Positions 36,151-47,311 of a stretch of DNA of 64,000 bases are shown here, piece after piece. The stretch is from Prochlorococcus sp. AG-402-K16. GTDB taxonomy: Bacteria; Cyanobacteriota; Cyanobacteriia; PCC-6307; Cyanobiaceae. The translations under genes and the position numbers were made by a program. The stretch is from NCBI GenBank assembly GCA_003216795.1, contig QCIH01000007.1:335-64334 (forward strand), written 5' to 3'. Position 1 is the first letter of the stretch, and each line of letters starts with the position of its first letter. The notes beneath the pieces were generated by a model. It was not told the DNA's origin and ran no database searches. It saw only the letters and a list, made by a program, of their open reading frames with translations.

Positions 36151-36918
36151 ATGGAACTAATACCAGCAATTGATTTAATGAATGGTAAGTGTGTAAGGCT
36201 TTTTAAAGGCGACTTCAATAAAAGAAAAGACTTCACAAAAGAACCACACGAGCAGGCTAAATTTTGGGAAAGCGAAGGAGCAAAATATATACATATAGTT
36301 GATTTGGATGCTGCAAAAACTGGATATCCAACAAACGATAAATCAATAAAAAAAATTGCAAAAACAGTTAACATACCTATTCAAATAGGTGGGGGGATAA
36401 GGTCTCAAGAAAGGATAGAACAATTATTTTCTTATGGTATTGAGAAAGTTATAATGGGAACCTCTGCGATAGAAAATAAAGAATTAGTTAAAGACTTATC
36501 AAATAAATTTCCTGGAAGGATAATTGTTGGGATAGACGCAAAAGATGGAAAAGTTAGTACAAGGGGTTGGCTTGAGCAATCTAATATTTTAGCCACAGAT
36601 TTAGTAAAGGAGTTTTCTTCATTTAAAATCGCTAGTTTTATTGTTACAGATATAAATACAGATGGGACGTTAGAAGGCACAAATGAAGAATTCATAAATA
36701 GCATACTTGAAATTACAGATATTCCAGTAATTGCCTCAGGAGGTGTTGGTTCAATTTCTGATTTGTTATCGTTAGTAAAATTTGAAAATTCTGGACTCTT
36801 TGGAGTAATTGTAGGTAAAGCTCTTTATGAAAATAAATTTTCTATAAACGAAGCGAATAATGTATTGTCATCAAAGAGATTAAATGACTTTGATTTAAAC
36901 AAAAATTACTACGCGTAA
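36151..36918 (+). CDS. hisA: ProFAR isomerase
   Basis: LIPAIDLMNGKCVRL and GGGIRS motifs. Confidence 0.93.
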   Translation: MELIPAIDLMNGKCVRLFKGDFNKRKDFTKEPHEQAKFWESEGAKYIHIVDLDAAKTGYPTNDKSIKKIAKTVNIPIQIGGGIRSQERIEQLFSYGIEKVIMGTSAIENKELVKDLSNKFPGRIIVGIDAKDGKVSTRGWLEQSNILATDLVKEFSSFKIASFIVTDINTDGTLEGTNEEFINSILEITDIPVIASGGVGSISDLLSLVKFENSGLFGVIVGKALYENKFSINEANNVLSSKRLNDFDLNKNYYA

Positions 36919-36982
36919 AAGAGGATATAAATTGATTTAAGGCTGGTAATTAAAGTAATTGTTAGTTAATTTTGTATAAGAG

Positions 36983-38614
36983 ATGAAAAATTTAGTCTTG
37001 GAATTAATTTCAAAAAAATCGATATTGATTATTGCTCCAAGCTTAATAGCAGAATCATTATCGCTTAAGTTAACATCACTAGACCCAAATTTAGACATTT
37101 ATTTTAATAACGGAACAAGCGATAAAACTCCGGATTTAGTTATTTGGAATGTTCTTAATTTCCAATCAGAAGATCTTATAAGGTTAGAATTATTAAAATT
37201 AGGAGAAAGATATGATGAGTCAAAGTTTCTTATAATTCTCTCTGGCGAACTTGTTTATGAAGCAAATACCCCTCCATCGTTAAATGCCGAAGGTTTTCTT
37301 TTAAATCCCAGTGCAGAAAAAGTTCTTGAATCTATTGATACCATTTCAAATGGAGGAAGGGTATTTGATATTGAAAATAATTCCCGAATTAAATTAAACA
37401 AATATAAGCCTCTTTCTTTTAGTCAAAAAATACTAACTTCAGGTCTTAAACAAATAGATTCTGAAATTAATTCCATATTCAAATATGTCAACTCTGATTC
37501 AACACCAGAATTTTATAAATTCATTTTAAAAGGCAGATTAAGAGAACTTATTACTGCAAAATCTTTTCTGATTTTCTTATGGGGTAATTCACTAGAACTT
37601 TATACAGAGGCGCTTTACACTGAAAATAAAATTAATCTTGAAAATAAGAACACTGTTTTCATTAAAGATAAAAACACTACAGAAATATGGAATTTAATCT
37701 TAAATAGACTAAAAGAAAGGTATAGCTCAACTAATTTACAGGTTGAATTTAATAATTCATCAATTATTCTCTCTGGGATAAAGAAAGAATTCATTTCACG
37801 ACTAATTTGCAAAATGTTAGATGAGTTAGATAATTTGGTAAAAAATATTAAAGAAAAATATAAGGAGAAAGATTTTAAAGATGATTTAAATTCACTCATA
37901 AAAGAACTTAAAGTTAATACAATTTCAAATATCACAGACAGCTATTTTCGATTAAAAAAAGGAAACGAATCTATTTCAATAAATGATTTTATTTATAGTG
38001 AGGTAAGTTGCGAAGAGATAGATAGAGAATCACATGAATCAATAATTTTTATTGAGCCAATTATTAAAAATGAAGCTCTTGACTATGATGGAAAATTACT
38101 ACCTCTATATGAAACAGAATCGTTTTTAATCCTTGAAAATATAATTTCAAATTGGACAATAAGGAACTGTAATTTATTAGCTTCTGAAATCTTCAATATT
38201 TGTTCTTCTTGGCCTGAATTAAGAACTGTACTTATAAATCCCGAATTACAATCAACAAGAAATTTTGAAAGATTTAGAAATAATATTAATAACTACAATC
38301 GCTGGCATGAATATATTTATATGCCTATCTACTTGTATGAGAGTAAACGAGAATATATTGATATTATCGATAAAAAATTTACCCGTTACTTTAAAAATGA
38401 AAATAGGGAAAAAGAATTAGAGAATCTAGAATGGCTACAAAAACAAGTTACATTGTTAGTTGAGATAAGAGATGCCGTAGCACCGCAATTAGAAGTTGCG
38501 GTAAAATACTTTGGTAATCTTTTCGTAACTTTCCTTACAAAGGTCGTTGGCAAAGCTATCGGTTTAGTGGGGAAAGGAATCCTTCAAGGATTAGGAAGAT
38601 CAAGTTCAAAGTAA
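36983..38614 (+). CDS. conserved cyanobacterial protein with an N-terminal pseudo-receiver-like domain (DUF3685-like by recollection)
   Basis: A CheY-like alternating pattern in the first 125 aa or so, but the acidic pocket and Lys are replaced. The rest is helical with a hydrophobic C-terminus. Confidence 0.55.
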   Translation: MKNLVLELISKKSILIIAPSLIAESLSLKLTSLDPNLDIYFNNGTSDKTPDLVIWNVLNFQSEDLIRLELLKLGERYDESKFLIILSGELVYEANTPPSLNAEGFLLNPSAEKVLESIDTISNGGRVFDIENNSRIKLNKYKPLSFSQKILTSGLKQIDSEINSIFKYVNSDSTPEFYKFILKGRLRELITAKSFLIFLWGNSLELYTEALYTENKINLENKNTVFIKDKNTTEIWNLILNRLKERYSSTNLQVEFNNSSIILSGIKKEFISRLICKMLDELDNLVKNIKEKYKEKDFKDDLNSLIKELKVNTISNITDSYFRLKKGNESISINDFIYSEVSCEEIDRESHESIIFIEPIIKNEALDYDGKLLPLYETESFLILENIISNWTIRNCNLLASEIFNICSSWPELRTVLINPELQSTRNFERFRNNINNYNRWHEYIYMPIYLYESKREYIDIIDKKFTRYFKNENREKELENLEWLQKQVTLLVEIRDAVAPQLEVAVKYFGNLFVTFLTKVVGKAIGLVGKGILQGLGRSSSK

Positions 38615-38628
38615 GTTTTTAAACTTTA

Positions 38629-39189
38629 ATGAAAATAATTCAATGGATCCTAATAGCATTAATTTTCTTAAGTCCATATAAAGCAAATGCCTCTAGAGAT
38701 TCTAATAGTTACGATGGCAACATCTTCCCAATATACGCAGGCAATGGGGCTATAGTTCCTCCCCAGACAACTCTTCAGGAATCATTAAAAAATAAAAGAG
38801 TCGCAGTTTTATTTTTTTATCTTGATGACAGCTCTGATAGTAAAGCTATGGCTCCGATAATATCTGGTTTAGATTTGATATGGAGAAATAATATAGATAT
38901 CATCGCTCTAACTACTGATGAATTACAGGATAAAGAAAAGTCTGATCTTCCAAATGAACCTAATTATTATTGGAACGGATTAATTCCACAAACAATAATT
39001 TTAAACAGTGACGGTGAAGTTAAATATGATCAAAATGGAATGATTAATATCGATGAATTAAACAAAGTTATAGGAGATTTAAAAGGAATTGATATTAAAG
39101 ATACAGAATTTTCTGTAGAAAGTTTTAATGAATACAACAGTATCATTTCTGAAAAAAAAGATAAAAACAAAGATAAAAACAAAAATTAA
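38629..39189 (+). CDS. exported thioredoxin-fold protein lacking the CxxC motif
   Basis: Signal peptide. VAVLFFYLDDSSDSKAMAP aligns to the Trx WCGPCK region with Cys replaced. KDKNKDKNKN tail. Confidence 0.5.
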   Translation: MKIIQWILIALIFLSPYKANASRDSNSYDGNIFPIYAGNGAIVPPQTTLQESLKNKRVAVLFFYLDDSSDSKAMAPIISGLDLIWRNNIDIIALTTDELQDKEKSDLPNEPNYYWNGLIPQTIILNSDGEVKYDQNGMINIDELNKVIGDLKGIDIKDTEFSVESFNEYNSIISEKKDKNKDKNKN

Positions 39190-39199
39190 TTAAAAAAAA

Positions 39200-40366
39200 A
39201 TGATATTAATAAATATCTTCTTAGCTTTTTTTATTTTTTTAATTCTTTCGGATTTATATATTAAAAACTCACCCAAATCAATGTTAAATATGGTACCTAT
39301 AAATTACAAAATCAAAAAAAAAGATGGATTAAACGAATTAATTATTGATTTAAAAATAATTAATACAAGTAAAACCAAAGAGACAATGGTATCTAATATA
39401 AATTTTGAATTAGATTTTTTCAAGAGTAAAGGAAACGAATATTGCCAAAATTTAAACTATCAAGAAGATATTTATATACACAATAATAATAAAATTAAGA
39501 ATTTAAAAAATTATTGGCCAACAACAATTATCAAGTCAAATTCAGAATTATTTGTAAGAATCATATATAAATTTAGAAATAATAATTTAAGAAAAAAAAT
39601 ACAATATCTATGGCTAAAAGTATTTTGGGAGAACTATGGACATTTTGGTATTTCAAATAATAAGGATTGTTTTTTAATTAATTTATATGGTCAAAAACAA
39701 AGACCTAAAGAAGTTTTTGAAATTCCTATAAATAATAAATACAAAGCTTTTGCTATTAAAACTGATTTACTTGGTTGCTTTGATAACCCAGTAAATACTG
39801 TGATTGAATACTGTAAAGGAATTGCAGAAAAAAATGATATTTTGACAATCGGTGAGAGTCCACTAGCGATTATGCAAAATAGATATATTTCCCCTCAAAA
39901 TTTAAAATATAGTTTATTTTCGAAAGCATTATGTTATTTTTTTCACCCTACTAGCAGTCTCGCAACAGCTTGCGGCATGCAATTACTAATTAATAGAATC
40001 GGAGTCACAAGAATAACCTTTGCACTATTTGTTGGATTTCTCTTCAAATTAGTTGGTATTAAGGGTATGTTTTATAGGTTAACTGGTTCAGAATCATCCC
40101 TCATTGATGATATAAGCGGTACAATTACACCTTTCGACAAGAGTATAGTTATGGGTCCTCTCAATGCGGATTTATTTTGTAAGGAGGTCTCGAACTATCT
40201 AAATATAGATGTTGCTGTTGTCGATGTTAATGATCTTGGAGGTGTGAAAGTCTTAGCTAGTTCAAATAAAAAAGTAAATAAAATACTCAAAAGAAACTTA
40301 ATATCTAATCCAGCTGGCAATGGAGATGAAAAAACACCTATAGTATTAATAAGAGAAATAAAGTAA
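39200..40366 (+). CDS. membrane-anchored protein with a CofE-like (F420-0:gamma-glutamyl ligase family) C-terminal domain
   Basis: N-terminal TM helix. The C-terminal region (DILTIGESPLAIMQNRY ... GNGDEKTPIVLIR) resembles PF01996-type proteins from memory. Confidence 0.5.
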   Translation: MILINIFLAFFIFLILSDLYIKNSPKSMLNMVPINYKIKKKDGLNELIIDLKIINTSKTKETMVSNINFELDFFKSKGNEYCQNLNYQEDIYIHNNNKIKNLKNYWPTTIIKSNSELFVRIIYKFRNNNLRKKIQYLWLKVFWENYGHFGISNNKDCFLINLYGQKQRPKEVFEIPINNKYKAFAIKTDLLGCFDNPVNTVIEYCKGIAEKNDILTIGESPLAIMQNRYISPQNLKYSLFSKALCYFFHPTSSLATACGMQLLINRIGVTRITFALFVGFLFKLVGIKGMFYRLTGSESSLIDDISGTITPFDKSIVMGPLNADLFCKEVSNYLNIDVAVVDVNDLGGVKVLASSNKKVNKILKRNLISNPAGNGDEKTPIVLIREIK

Positions 40367-41422
40367 ATGAAAAAAGATACCTCTTATTCTTTTCAATCTA
40401 AACAAGGAATGGAAGTAACTTTTGAAGATCTCCATATAAGGCACATTAATCTTTTAATAGATATTAAAAATAAGGAATTGAATAATTGGTTTTTAAAAAT
40501 GGCAATTATAAACACTTTTGATGACTTAAAAATTTTTTTAAATAATCTTAAGAAAAATAAAAATAAATGCATAATTGCTATATATGGAAACGAAATTATT
40601 GGTTATTTGAATATTTTTCCTTTAAACAAAAAAGAAACTTGCTTAAAAATATCCAAGCCCAAGTTAATTACCAACAAGTGTTCTTTAACAGATAAACAAT
40701 TAACTTTAGGTTTGATAAAAAAAGCTATCTCAATAAAAGACATCAAAACTTCAAGTTGGATAATTAACGCTGATATAAATAATGTTGACCTCATATCAAA
40801 CTCAAGAGAATTAGGCTTTCAACCGTTAGGAGAGATAATCCTTTGGGATGGTTCTGATCTAAATAAATCAATAAATCTAAATACCAATGCCTATGCATTA
40901 ATTAATGAATTCGAAAACATTAATAAACAAAATATTTTAAAAATAGTTAATTTCATAAGATCAAATCAATCTCCTTTAATAAGAAATATTTTAGATTTTG
41001 ATCAAGACGACATTCTTAAAAGAAATAACTCTAAGAGTGGTGCCTTAATATATGAAAATTCAGTTTTATGTACAATTTTAAAAGATATTAATTATCAAAA
41101 TGAAGAAATTTATACTTTAACTATTAGTAGATATTGGGATAAGAGATTCAATTCTATTTTAAAAGAATTTATAAAGAGGTTTTTTGAAAAATCACCTGTT
41201 TCATATTTAAAAACCTATAAAGAAAATTCTCAATTAAATCTTTTTCTCGAAGAATGTAATCTCAAAGAAAAAAATCAAGAAATAATTCTTATCAGGAACA
41301 CAATAGTTAAGAATGAAGCCAAACAAGTAAATATAATAAATCAATCTTTGGAATCAATCTTTGAAAAGTTAAGTCCACAAGGTAATCCATATCCATCTCC
41401 TTTTCCATTAAAAACAAAGTGA
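40367..41422 (+). CDS. hypothetical protein with a possible N-terminal GNAT-like fold
   Basis: [17 protein letters not shown] ... SRELGFQP is reminiscent of an acetyltransferase fold. Weak. Confidence 0.45.
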   Translation: MKKDTSYSFQSKQGMEVTFEDLHIRHINLLIDIKNKELNNWFLKMAIINTFDDLKIFLNNLKKNKNKCIIAIYGNEIIGYLNIFPLNKKETCLKISKPKLITNKCSLTDKQLTLGLIKKAISIKDIKTSSWIINADINNVDLISNSRELGFQPLGEIILWDGSDLNKSINLNTNAYALINEFENINKQNILKIVNFIRSNQSPLIRNILDFDQDDILKRNNSKSGALIYENSVLCTILKDINYQNEEIYTLTISRYWDKRFNSILKEFIKRFFEKSPVSYLKTYKENSQLNLFLEECNLKEKNQEIILIRNTIVKNEAKQVNIINQSLESIFEKLSPQGNPYPSPFPLKTK

Positions 41423-41880
41423 AATTTGGCAAACCCAAACCCAAGTCAATTTTGAGTTTAGATATAGGTACCAAAAGGATAGGATTAGCTTATTGTGATC
41501 CCCTCTGCATAACATCAAATATACTGCCAGCAGTAAAACGGTTTGAAAATAATCAAGAGATTAAAATCATTAGAAATTATATAAATGAATTTAATTTGAC
41601 TGGATTTATTGTGGGTATTCCACTAGATGAGGAAGGTCAAATGACCACTCAAGCTATTGACTGTAAAAATTACGGCCAATTACTTTCAAATGAATTAAAG
41701 CTTCCATTTTCTTACGTCAACGAACATAGTTCAACTTGGGAATCTTCAGATAGATTTGGTATAAAAAAAGATAAATCCGGATTGATTGATAGTTTTTCAG
41801 CAAAAATAATACTTGAACAATGGATCGAAGAGGGTCCTGAATTAGAAGAAATAGCTGGTAAACGTCAGATAAAATATTAG
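41419..41880 (+). CDS. ruvX: YqgF/RuvX-family putative pre-16S rRNA nuclease
   Basis: [17 protein letters not shown] motif. GTG start overlaps the upstream stop. Confidence 0.85.
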   Translation: MKFGKPKPKSILSLDIGTKRIGLAYCDPLCITSNILPAVKRFENNQEIKIIRNYINEFNLTGFIVGIPLDEEGQMTTQAIDCKNYGQLLSNELKLPFSYVNEHSSTWESSDRFGIKKDKSGLIDSFSAKIILEQWIEEGPELEEIAGKRQIKY

Positions 41881-41907
41881 TATTTAAAAAGAACAGATAA
41901 TTTTTAA

Positions 41908-42444
41908 ATGAAAGAAGCCAATTCAAATGATAATTATGATGCACAGACTCTTTTATTAAATGACTCAAATGGAAACGAGCTATTTTGTTATCTTGAACAA
42001 TTAGTGAGTGTTGAAGGCCAAGAATATGCTTTATTAACGCCAGTTGATACTCCAGTAAGTCTTTTTAAGATAAATGAAAAAGATGAACCTGAACTAATTG
42101 AGAAAATAGATAAAAATGAACAAATACTAAAAAATGCTGAAGCAGTTCTTCAAGAACATGATTTAAGACTTATCAGATCAGCAGTTACATTAACGGTCTC
42201 AGGAGAACTTGAAGAACCAATTTACGATGAATTAGAAGAAGATTACGTCGATGATGATAGTGAGAGTTATGAATTGCTCGTTAACTTTAATCTTTTTGAC
42301 CAAGAATATGGCTTATATATTCCACTAGATCCTTTTTTTATTGTGGGTAAATTAAAAGACAAAGGTGCCTCATTAGTTGAAGATGATGAGTTCGATAAAA
42401 TTCAACCTTTGATTGAAACTGAGCTTGAAAAAAGTAGTTCTTAA
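41908..42444 (+). CDS. acidic conserved cyanobacterial protein (DUF3727-like by recollection)
   Basis: 178-aa, highly acidic ORF following ruvX. Confidence 0.5.
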   Translation: MKEANSNDNYDAQTLLLNDSNGNELFCYLEQLVSVEGQEYALLTPVDTPVSLFKINEKDEPELIEKIDKNEQILKNAEAVLQEHDLRLIRSAVTLTVSGELEEPIYDELEEDYVDDDSESYELLVNFNLFDQEYGLYIPLDPFFIVGKLKDKGASLVEDDEFDKIQPLIETELEKSSS

Positions 42445-42449
42445 AATAA

Positions 42450-42944
42450 ATGAGATCTATCCTAAAAGTCAATTGGGATTCAAACTTACCAATATATAAT
42501 ATTTCTCAATCTGAGTTGCAAAAAAAAGGAATTAATTCTTTATTGCTAGACGTGGATGGGACTCTAGTAAATAGAAAATCAAATATGATCCCAAAAGCTG
42601 TAAAAAATTGGATCATAGAATCTAAAAAACTTTTCTCCTTATATCTAATAAGTAATAATCCATCAAAAAAAAGAATCGCAAAAATAGCGAAAGAATTAAA
42701 TTTAAGGTATAAATACAATGCATCAAAACCAAGAAAAAAAGTAACTTTGTCTGCTATCAAAGAAATTGGAAGAGAACCAAAACATATAGCCATTATTGGC
42801 GACAGAATTTTTACAGATATTATTGTTGGTAATAGATGTGATATAAAAACAATATTAGTTAAGCGATTAAATAGAGATGGCTTGCCTATTAAATTTAATT
42901 TAACTTTGACAATAGAAAAATTAATTTCTCATTTTATAAAATGA
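42450..42944 (+). CDS. HAD-IIIA phosphatase (YqeG-like)
   Basis: LLLDVDGTL motif I, SNNPS motif II and GDRIFTDI motif IV. Confidence 0.75.
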   Translation: MRSILKVNWDSNLPIYNISQSELQKKGINSLLLDVDGTLVNRKSNMIPKAVKNWIIESKKLFSLYLISNNPSKKRIAKIAKELNLRYKYNASKPRKKVTLSAIKEIGREPKHIAIIGDRIFTDIIVGNRCDIKTILVKRLNRDGLPIKFNLTLTIEKLISHFIK

Positions 42945-44023
42945 AAACTTGGGTTATAAAAATTGGTACTAGTATTTTAAGAGGAACAGAGGAAGCATCT
43001 ACAGAAGAAGTTATTGAAACCCTTTCTAGATCCTTTACAAGTTTTCTTTCAAAAGGAAACAGATTAATTTTAGTAACTAGTGGAGCAGTTGGATTAGGTT
43101 GTCAAAAATTAAATATTAAAACGAGACCAAATGATTTAAGCACCCTTCAAGCTACTGCTGCAGTAGGTCAAGTTAATTTAATGTCCTTATACGATAAAGT
43201 ATTTAATAAATTAGGTCATAATATTGCTCAAATTTTAATAACTAAAGCTGATTTCAATTCACGAGAATCCTTTAATAACGCTTCTAAAACTTTAAAAAAA
43301 TTAATCGATTTGAATGTTATTCCAATAGTTAATGAGAATGATACCGTAGCAAATGAAGAGCTTAAATATGGAGATAATGATACCCTCTCTGCTTTAGTTG
43401 CCTTAGCTATAAATGCTAACAAGCTTATTTTATTAACCGATATTGAAAATCTATACTCAAAAGATCCACGTAATAATAAAGATGCGCTTCCTATTAAAGA
43501 AGTTCATAATAGTGAATTAAAAGAAATTAAAGATAAAAATATTCAAAACTCTAATAATGAATGGGGAACAGGAGGAATTTCTACAAAATTAATTTCTGCA
43601 GAAATAGCCACAAAAGGAGGAGTTGAAGTCCAACTAGTTGATGGAACTAACAAAAAAAACTTAATTGAAATTTTTCATGATAATAAAATTGGCACTTTAT
43701 TTTATCCAGTAGAAAAACCTATTGGGAACAAAAAAAGTTGGCTTTCACATGCAATTCAAACAGTAGGGAAAATTACGTTAGATGATGGTGCTTCTTTTGC
43801 AATTAAAAAAAAAGGTGCCTCACTTTTAGCGGTTGGCGTTAAGAATGTAGAAGGAAATTTTACGGTTAATCAGGCAGTTAAAATCGTGAATACAAATGAT
43901 AAAGAAGTTGCAAAAGGTTTAGTTTCCATAAGTAGCGACAGATTAAGAAGTATCTTAAATAATAAAGAAAATAACAACTCCTCGATAATTGTCGTACATA
44001 GAGATGTTCTTGCTCTCTCTTAG
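42941..44023 (+). CDS. proB: glutamate 5-kinase
   Basis: AAK-family N-domain ([15 protein letters not shown]) plus a C-terminal PUA domain. Confidence 0.93.
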   Translation: MKTWVIKIGTSILRGTEEASTEEVIETLSRSFTSFLSKGNRLILVTSGAVGLGCQKLNIKTRPNDLSTLQATAAVGQVNLMSLYDKVFNKLGHNIAQILITKADFNSRESFNNASKTLKKLIDLNVIPIVNENDTVANEELKYGDNDTLSALVALAINANKLILLTDIENLYSKDPRNNKDALPIKEVHNSELKEIKDKNIQNSNNEWGTGGISTKLISAEIATKGGVEVQLVDGTNKKNLIEIFHDNKIGTLFYPVEKPIGNKKSWLSHAIQTVGKITLDDGASFAIKKKGASLLAVGVKNVEGNFTVNQAVKIVNTNDKEVAKGLVSISSDRLRSILNNKENNNSSIIVVHRDVLALS

Positions 44024-44043
44024 AAAAAAATTAAAACTGAAAA

Positions 44044-45078
44044 ATGCTTTTAAGTGATTTAGTTGATCTAATAAAAAAAGGAAATTCAAATTTTATTAGT
44101 GCCAATATTTTCGAAGATTTAAATATAGATGATGCTGCCTCATTAGATACTGCAGTTAAAAATCAAATATCTTTTTTAGAAGAAAATAATATCCTTAAAG
44201 AAAAATTAGATCAAACTAAAGCATCAGTAATAATAACTACTAACAACGATGAAATCGTTAGTGCCCTAAAGAAACTCAATATATCAAACATAATCGTTAA
44301 AAATCCAAGAATTGCATTTGCAGAAGTATTGGATTGTTTATATAAAACTATCAATTTCAAACCAGGGATTCACGCTTCAGCGGTTATAGATAAAACAGCA
44401 ATAATTGGAGCAGATTGCCATATTGGACCTAATGTCTACATTGGAGAAAATACTGTAATTGGTGACAATAATCATATTCTTCCTGGATCATCAATTTTAG
44501 GCAATGTTCGAATAGGAAATAATAATATAATTCATCCAAATTGTGTTATTTTCGAAAATACCATTCTAAAAGATAATTGTGTAATTAATTCAAATTCTGT
44601 TATTGGATCAGAGGGATTTGGTTTTATTCCTAAAAATGGCAAATGGGTAAAGATGCCTCAAAAAGGTGGTGTAAAAATAATGAGTTTTGTAGAAATTGGA
44701 ACGAATTGTTGTGTTGATAGACCCGCAGTTGGATTTACTTTTATTGATGAGGGAACAAAGTTGGATAATTTAATACAAATAGGTCATGGGGTTAAAATTG
44801 GAAAGAATTGTGCATTTGCAGCACAAGTTGGTATTGCTGGAGGAGCAAATATTGGAGATGGTGTTATTTTGGCAGGGCAAGTAGGAGTAAATAATAGAGT
44901 AAAAGTTGGTAATAATGTCATTGCAAGTTCAAAATGCGGAATCCATCGTGACATAGAAGATGGCAAGGTAATTAGTGGTTTCCCCGCAATGGAAAATAAA
45001 TCATGGCTAAGGAGTTCAAGTATTTTTAAAAAATTACCAGAATTGGCAAAAAAACTTAGACAATTAGACAAGCAATAA
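44044..45078 (+). CDS. lpxD: UDP-3-O-acylglucosamine N-acyltransferase
   Basis: Left-handed beta-helix hexapeptide repeats and LpxD-like length. Confidence 0.92.
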   Translation: MLLSDLVDLIKKGNSNFISANIFEDLNIDDAASLDTAVKNQISFLEENNILKEKLDQTKASVIITTNNDEIVSALKKLNISNIIVKNPRIAFAEVLDCLYKTINFKPGIHASAVIDKTAIIGADCHIGPNVYIGENTVIGDNNHILPGSSILGNVRIGNNNIIHPNCVIFENTILKDNCVINSNSVIGSEGFGFIPKNGKWVKMPQKGGVKIMSFVEIGTNCCVDRPAVGFTFIDEGTKLDNLIQIGHGVKIGKNCAFAAQVGIAGGANIGDGVILAGQVGVNNRVKVGNNVIASSKCGIHRDIEDGKVISGFPAMENKSWLRSSSIFKKLPELAKKLRQLDKQ

Positions 45079-45106
45079 TTTATTGTTCTATTAAACAAAA
45101 ATTTAA

Positions 45107-46180
45107 ATGAAGAAATATAAGATTGTTTTATTGTCAGGAGACGGAATTGGACCAGAGATTTCAGAAGTTTCAAAAAAAGTTTTAAAAAAGCTTTCAAAAA
45201 ATCATAATTTCGATATTAATATTATTGAAAAATTATTTGGAGGGATTGCTTATGAAAGATTTGGGACTCCTGCTCCTGATGAGACACTGGATCAATGTAA
45301 AAAAAGTGATGCTGTACTTTTAGCATGTGTTGGAGATATTAAATATGACTCTCTTGCAAGAGAATTAAGGCCAGAGAGTGGGTTACTAAAGTTAAGATCT
45401 GCCCTAAACCTTTTCGCAAATATCAGGCCTGTCAAAATAAGAAAATCTCTCTTAGATGCAAGTACATTAAAAAAAGAAATCGTTGAGGATGTAGATCTTA
45501 TTGTTGTAAGAGAATTAATAGGGGGTATTTATTTTGGAAAACCAAGAGGACATATAACAAATATAAAAGTCCCAAAAGCTTTCAATACAATGGTTTATGA
45601 TTCTGCCGAAATAGAGAGAATAACGGAAATCGCAATAAAAATTGCTAACCAAAGAAATAAAAAAATATGTTCTGTTGATAAATCAAACGTTCTTGAGGTT
45701 AGTCAATTGTGGAGAGATACAGTTCTAAATATCACTTCAAAAGATAAAAATATATCTCTAAGCAATATGTACGTTGACAATGCAGCAATGCAATTGGTTA
45801 GAGATCCTAGTCAATTTGATGTGATTTTAACTAGTAATTTATTTGGTGATATTTTAAGCGATTTAGCTGCAATGTTAACTGGTTCTATTGGTATGCTTCC
45901 ATCTGCTTCTTTAAACAATAATGGTCCAGGAGTTTTTGAACCGGTTCATGGTTCGGCTCCTGATATAGCTGGTAAAAACATAGCGAATCCTATAGCAATG
46001 CTTTTATCTGCTTCCATGATGTTAAAAATTGGATTAAATGAAGAAGAAGCTGCAGAAAATTTAGAAACTGCCATTGATAAAGTTTTATCAAAAGGATTTA
46101 GAACAGCAGATTTAGCTGATGGGTCTTCTGAAGTTTTATCTTGCAGTGAAATCGGAGATAAAATAATGGATGAAATTTAA
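45107..46180 (+). CDS. leuB: 3-isopropylmalate dehydrogenase
   Basis: NLFGDILSD motif and GDGIGPEI N-terminus. Confidence 0.95.
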   Translation: MKKYKIVLLSGDGIGPEISEVSKKVLKKLSKNHNFDINIIEKLFGGIAYERFGTPAPDETLDQCKKSDAVLLACVGDIKYDSLARELRPESGLLKLRSALNLFANIRPVKIRKSLLDASTLKKEIVEDVDLIVVRELIGGIYFGKPRGHITNIKVPKAFNTMVYDSAEIERITEIAIKIANQRNKKICSVDKSNVLEVSQLWRDTVLNITSKDKNISLSNMYVDNAAMQLVRDPSQFDVILTSNLFGDILSDLAAMLTGSIGMLPSASLNNNGPGVFEPVHGSAPDIAGKNIANPIAMLLSASMMLKIGLNEEEAAENLETAIDKVLSKGFRTADLADGSSEVLSCSEIGDKIMDEI

Positions 46181-46270
46181 AAAAAAAATTAATAAATAAA
46201 AAAATATTTTTAAGTAAAACATAAAGTTGGCATATGACCTGTCAGAATCATGGGATATTGTTTTTAAAAA

Positions 46271-47167
46271 ATGTCAAAACGTCATCCAGTAGTCGCTGTA
46301 ACAGGATCTTCAGGAGCAGGAACAAGTACAGTAAAAAGAGCCTTTGAGCATATTTTTGCCAGAGAAGATATCGTTCCCGCAGTTGTAGAAGGTGATAGTT
46401 ACCACAGATTTGAAAGAATGCCTATGAAAAAAGCTATGGCAGAAGCTCTTTCAAAAGGTGAAAATTTCTCTCATTTTGGTCCAGAGGCTAATCTTTTTGA
46501 CAAGCTAGAAGAACTTTTTAAAATCTATGGTGAAACTGGAGGAGGAAAGAAAAGATATTATCTACATAGTCTTGAAGAAGCAGAAGAACATAATACAAGA
46601 CTTGGTACATCCTTAGAACCTGGGCAATTTACTCCATGGGAAGATATTCCTGAGGGAACAGACGTACTTTTTTATGAAGGTTTGCATGGCGGGGTAGAAG
46701 GTGAAGGATACAATGTGGCATCTTATGCTGATTTACTTGTTGGTGTTGTTCCGATAACAAATTTAGAATGGATTCAAAAAATTCATAGAGATAACGCAGA
46801 AAGAGGTTACTCAGCGGAAACCATTGTGGATACTATATTGAGAAGAATGCCTGATTATATAAATCACATTTGCCCACAATTCAGCAAAACCGATATTAAT
46901 TTTCAAAGAATTCCCACAATTGATACTTCTAATCCTTTCATATGCAGAAATATCCCAACTCCTGATGAAAGCTTTGTAATCATACATTTCAGAAAAGGGG
47001 CAAGAGAGAAATGGGGGATTGATTTTCAATACTTGCTTGGAATGATTAACGATTCATTCATGTCAAGTCCAACAAGTATCGTCGTAAATGGAGGAAAAAT
47101 GGGTTTTGCAATGGAACTAATTCTCACTCCAATAATTCATAAAATGATTGAGGAAAAAAATAAATAA
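46271..47167 (+). CDS. prk: phosphoribulokinase
   Basis: VAVTGSSGAGTST P-loop and a cyanobacterial/plant PRK-like sequence. Confidence 0.95.
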   Translation: MSKRHPVVAVTGSSGAGTSTVKRAFEHIFAREDIVPAVVEGDSYHRFERMPMKKAMAEALSKGENFSHFGPEANLFDKLEELFKIYGETGGGKKRYYLHSLEEAEEHNTRLGTSLEPGQFTPWEDIPEGTDVLFYEGLHGGVEGEGYNVASYADLLVGVVPITNLEWIQKIHRDNAERGYSAETIVDTILRRMPDYINHICPQFSKTDINFQRIPTIDTSNPFICRNIPTPDESFVIIHFRKGAREKWGIDFQYLLGMINDSFMSSPTSIVVNGGKMGFAMELILTPIIHKMIEEKNK

Positions 47168-47311
47168 TAATTAATTTTCGTTGATCAACTCAAATCATTA
47201 TATTTTTTTTTAATTTTGAGGAGTTTTTAATCTAGATGATCTCAAATTTTTATATATCTTTCTTGATAAAAGTACCTTATTTAGATTTAAATAGAAAAAA
47301 CAGGAAACGTT

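Noticed and set aside
39151-39189. A tandem 12-nt repeat (AAAGATAAAAAC x2) encoding the KDKNKDKNKN tail.
   Set aside because: It is a low-complexity C-terminal tail in A-rich DNA, probably a slippage product of no functional consequence. It is not a regulatory repeat or a CRISPR array.
44784-45197. A 137-aa minus-strand ORF spanning the lpxD 3' end, the intergenic spacer and the leuB 5' end.
   Set aside because: It is the antisense reading of the lpxD hexapeptide-repeat region, which is naturally depleted in stop codons on the opposite strand. The Pro/Thr/Ala-rich translation has no features of a real protein.
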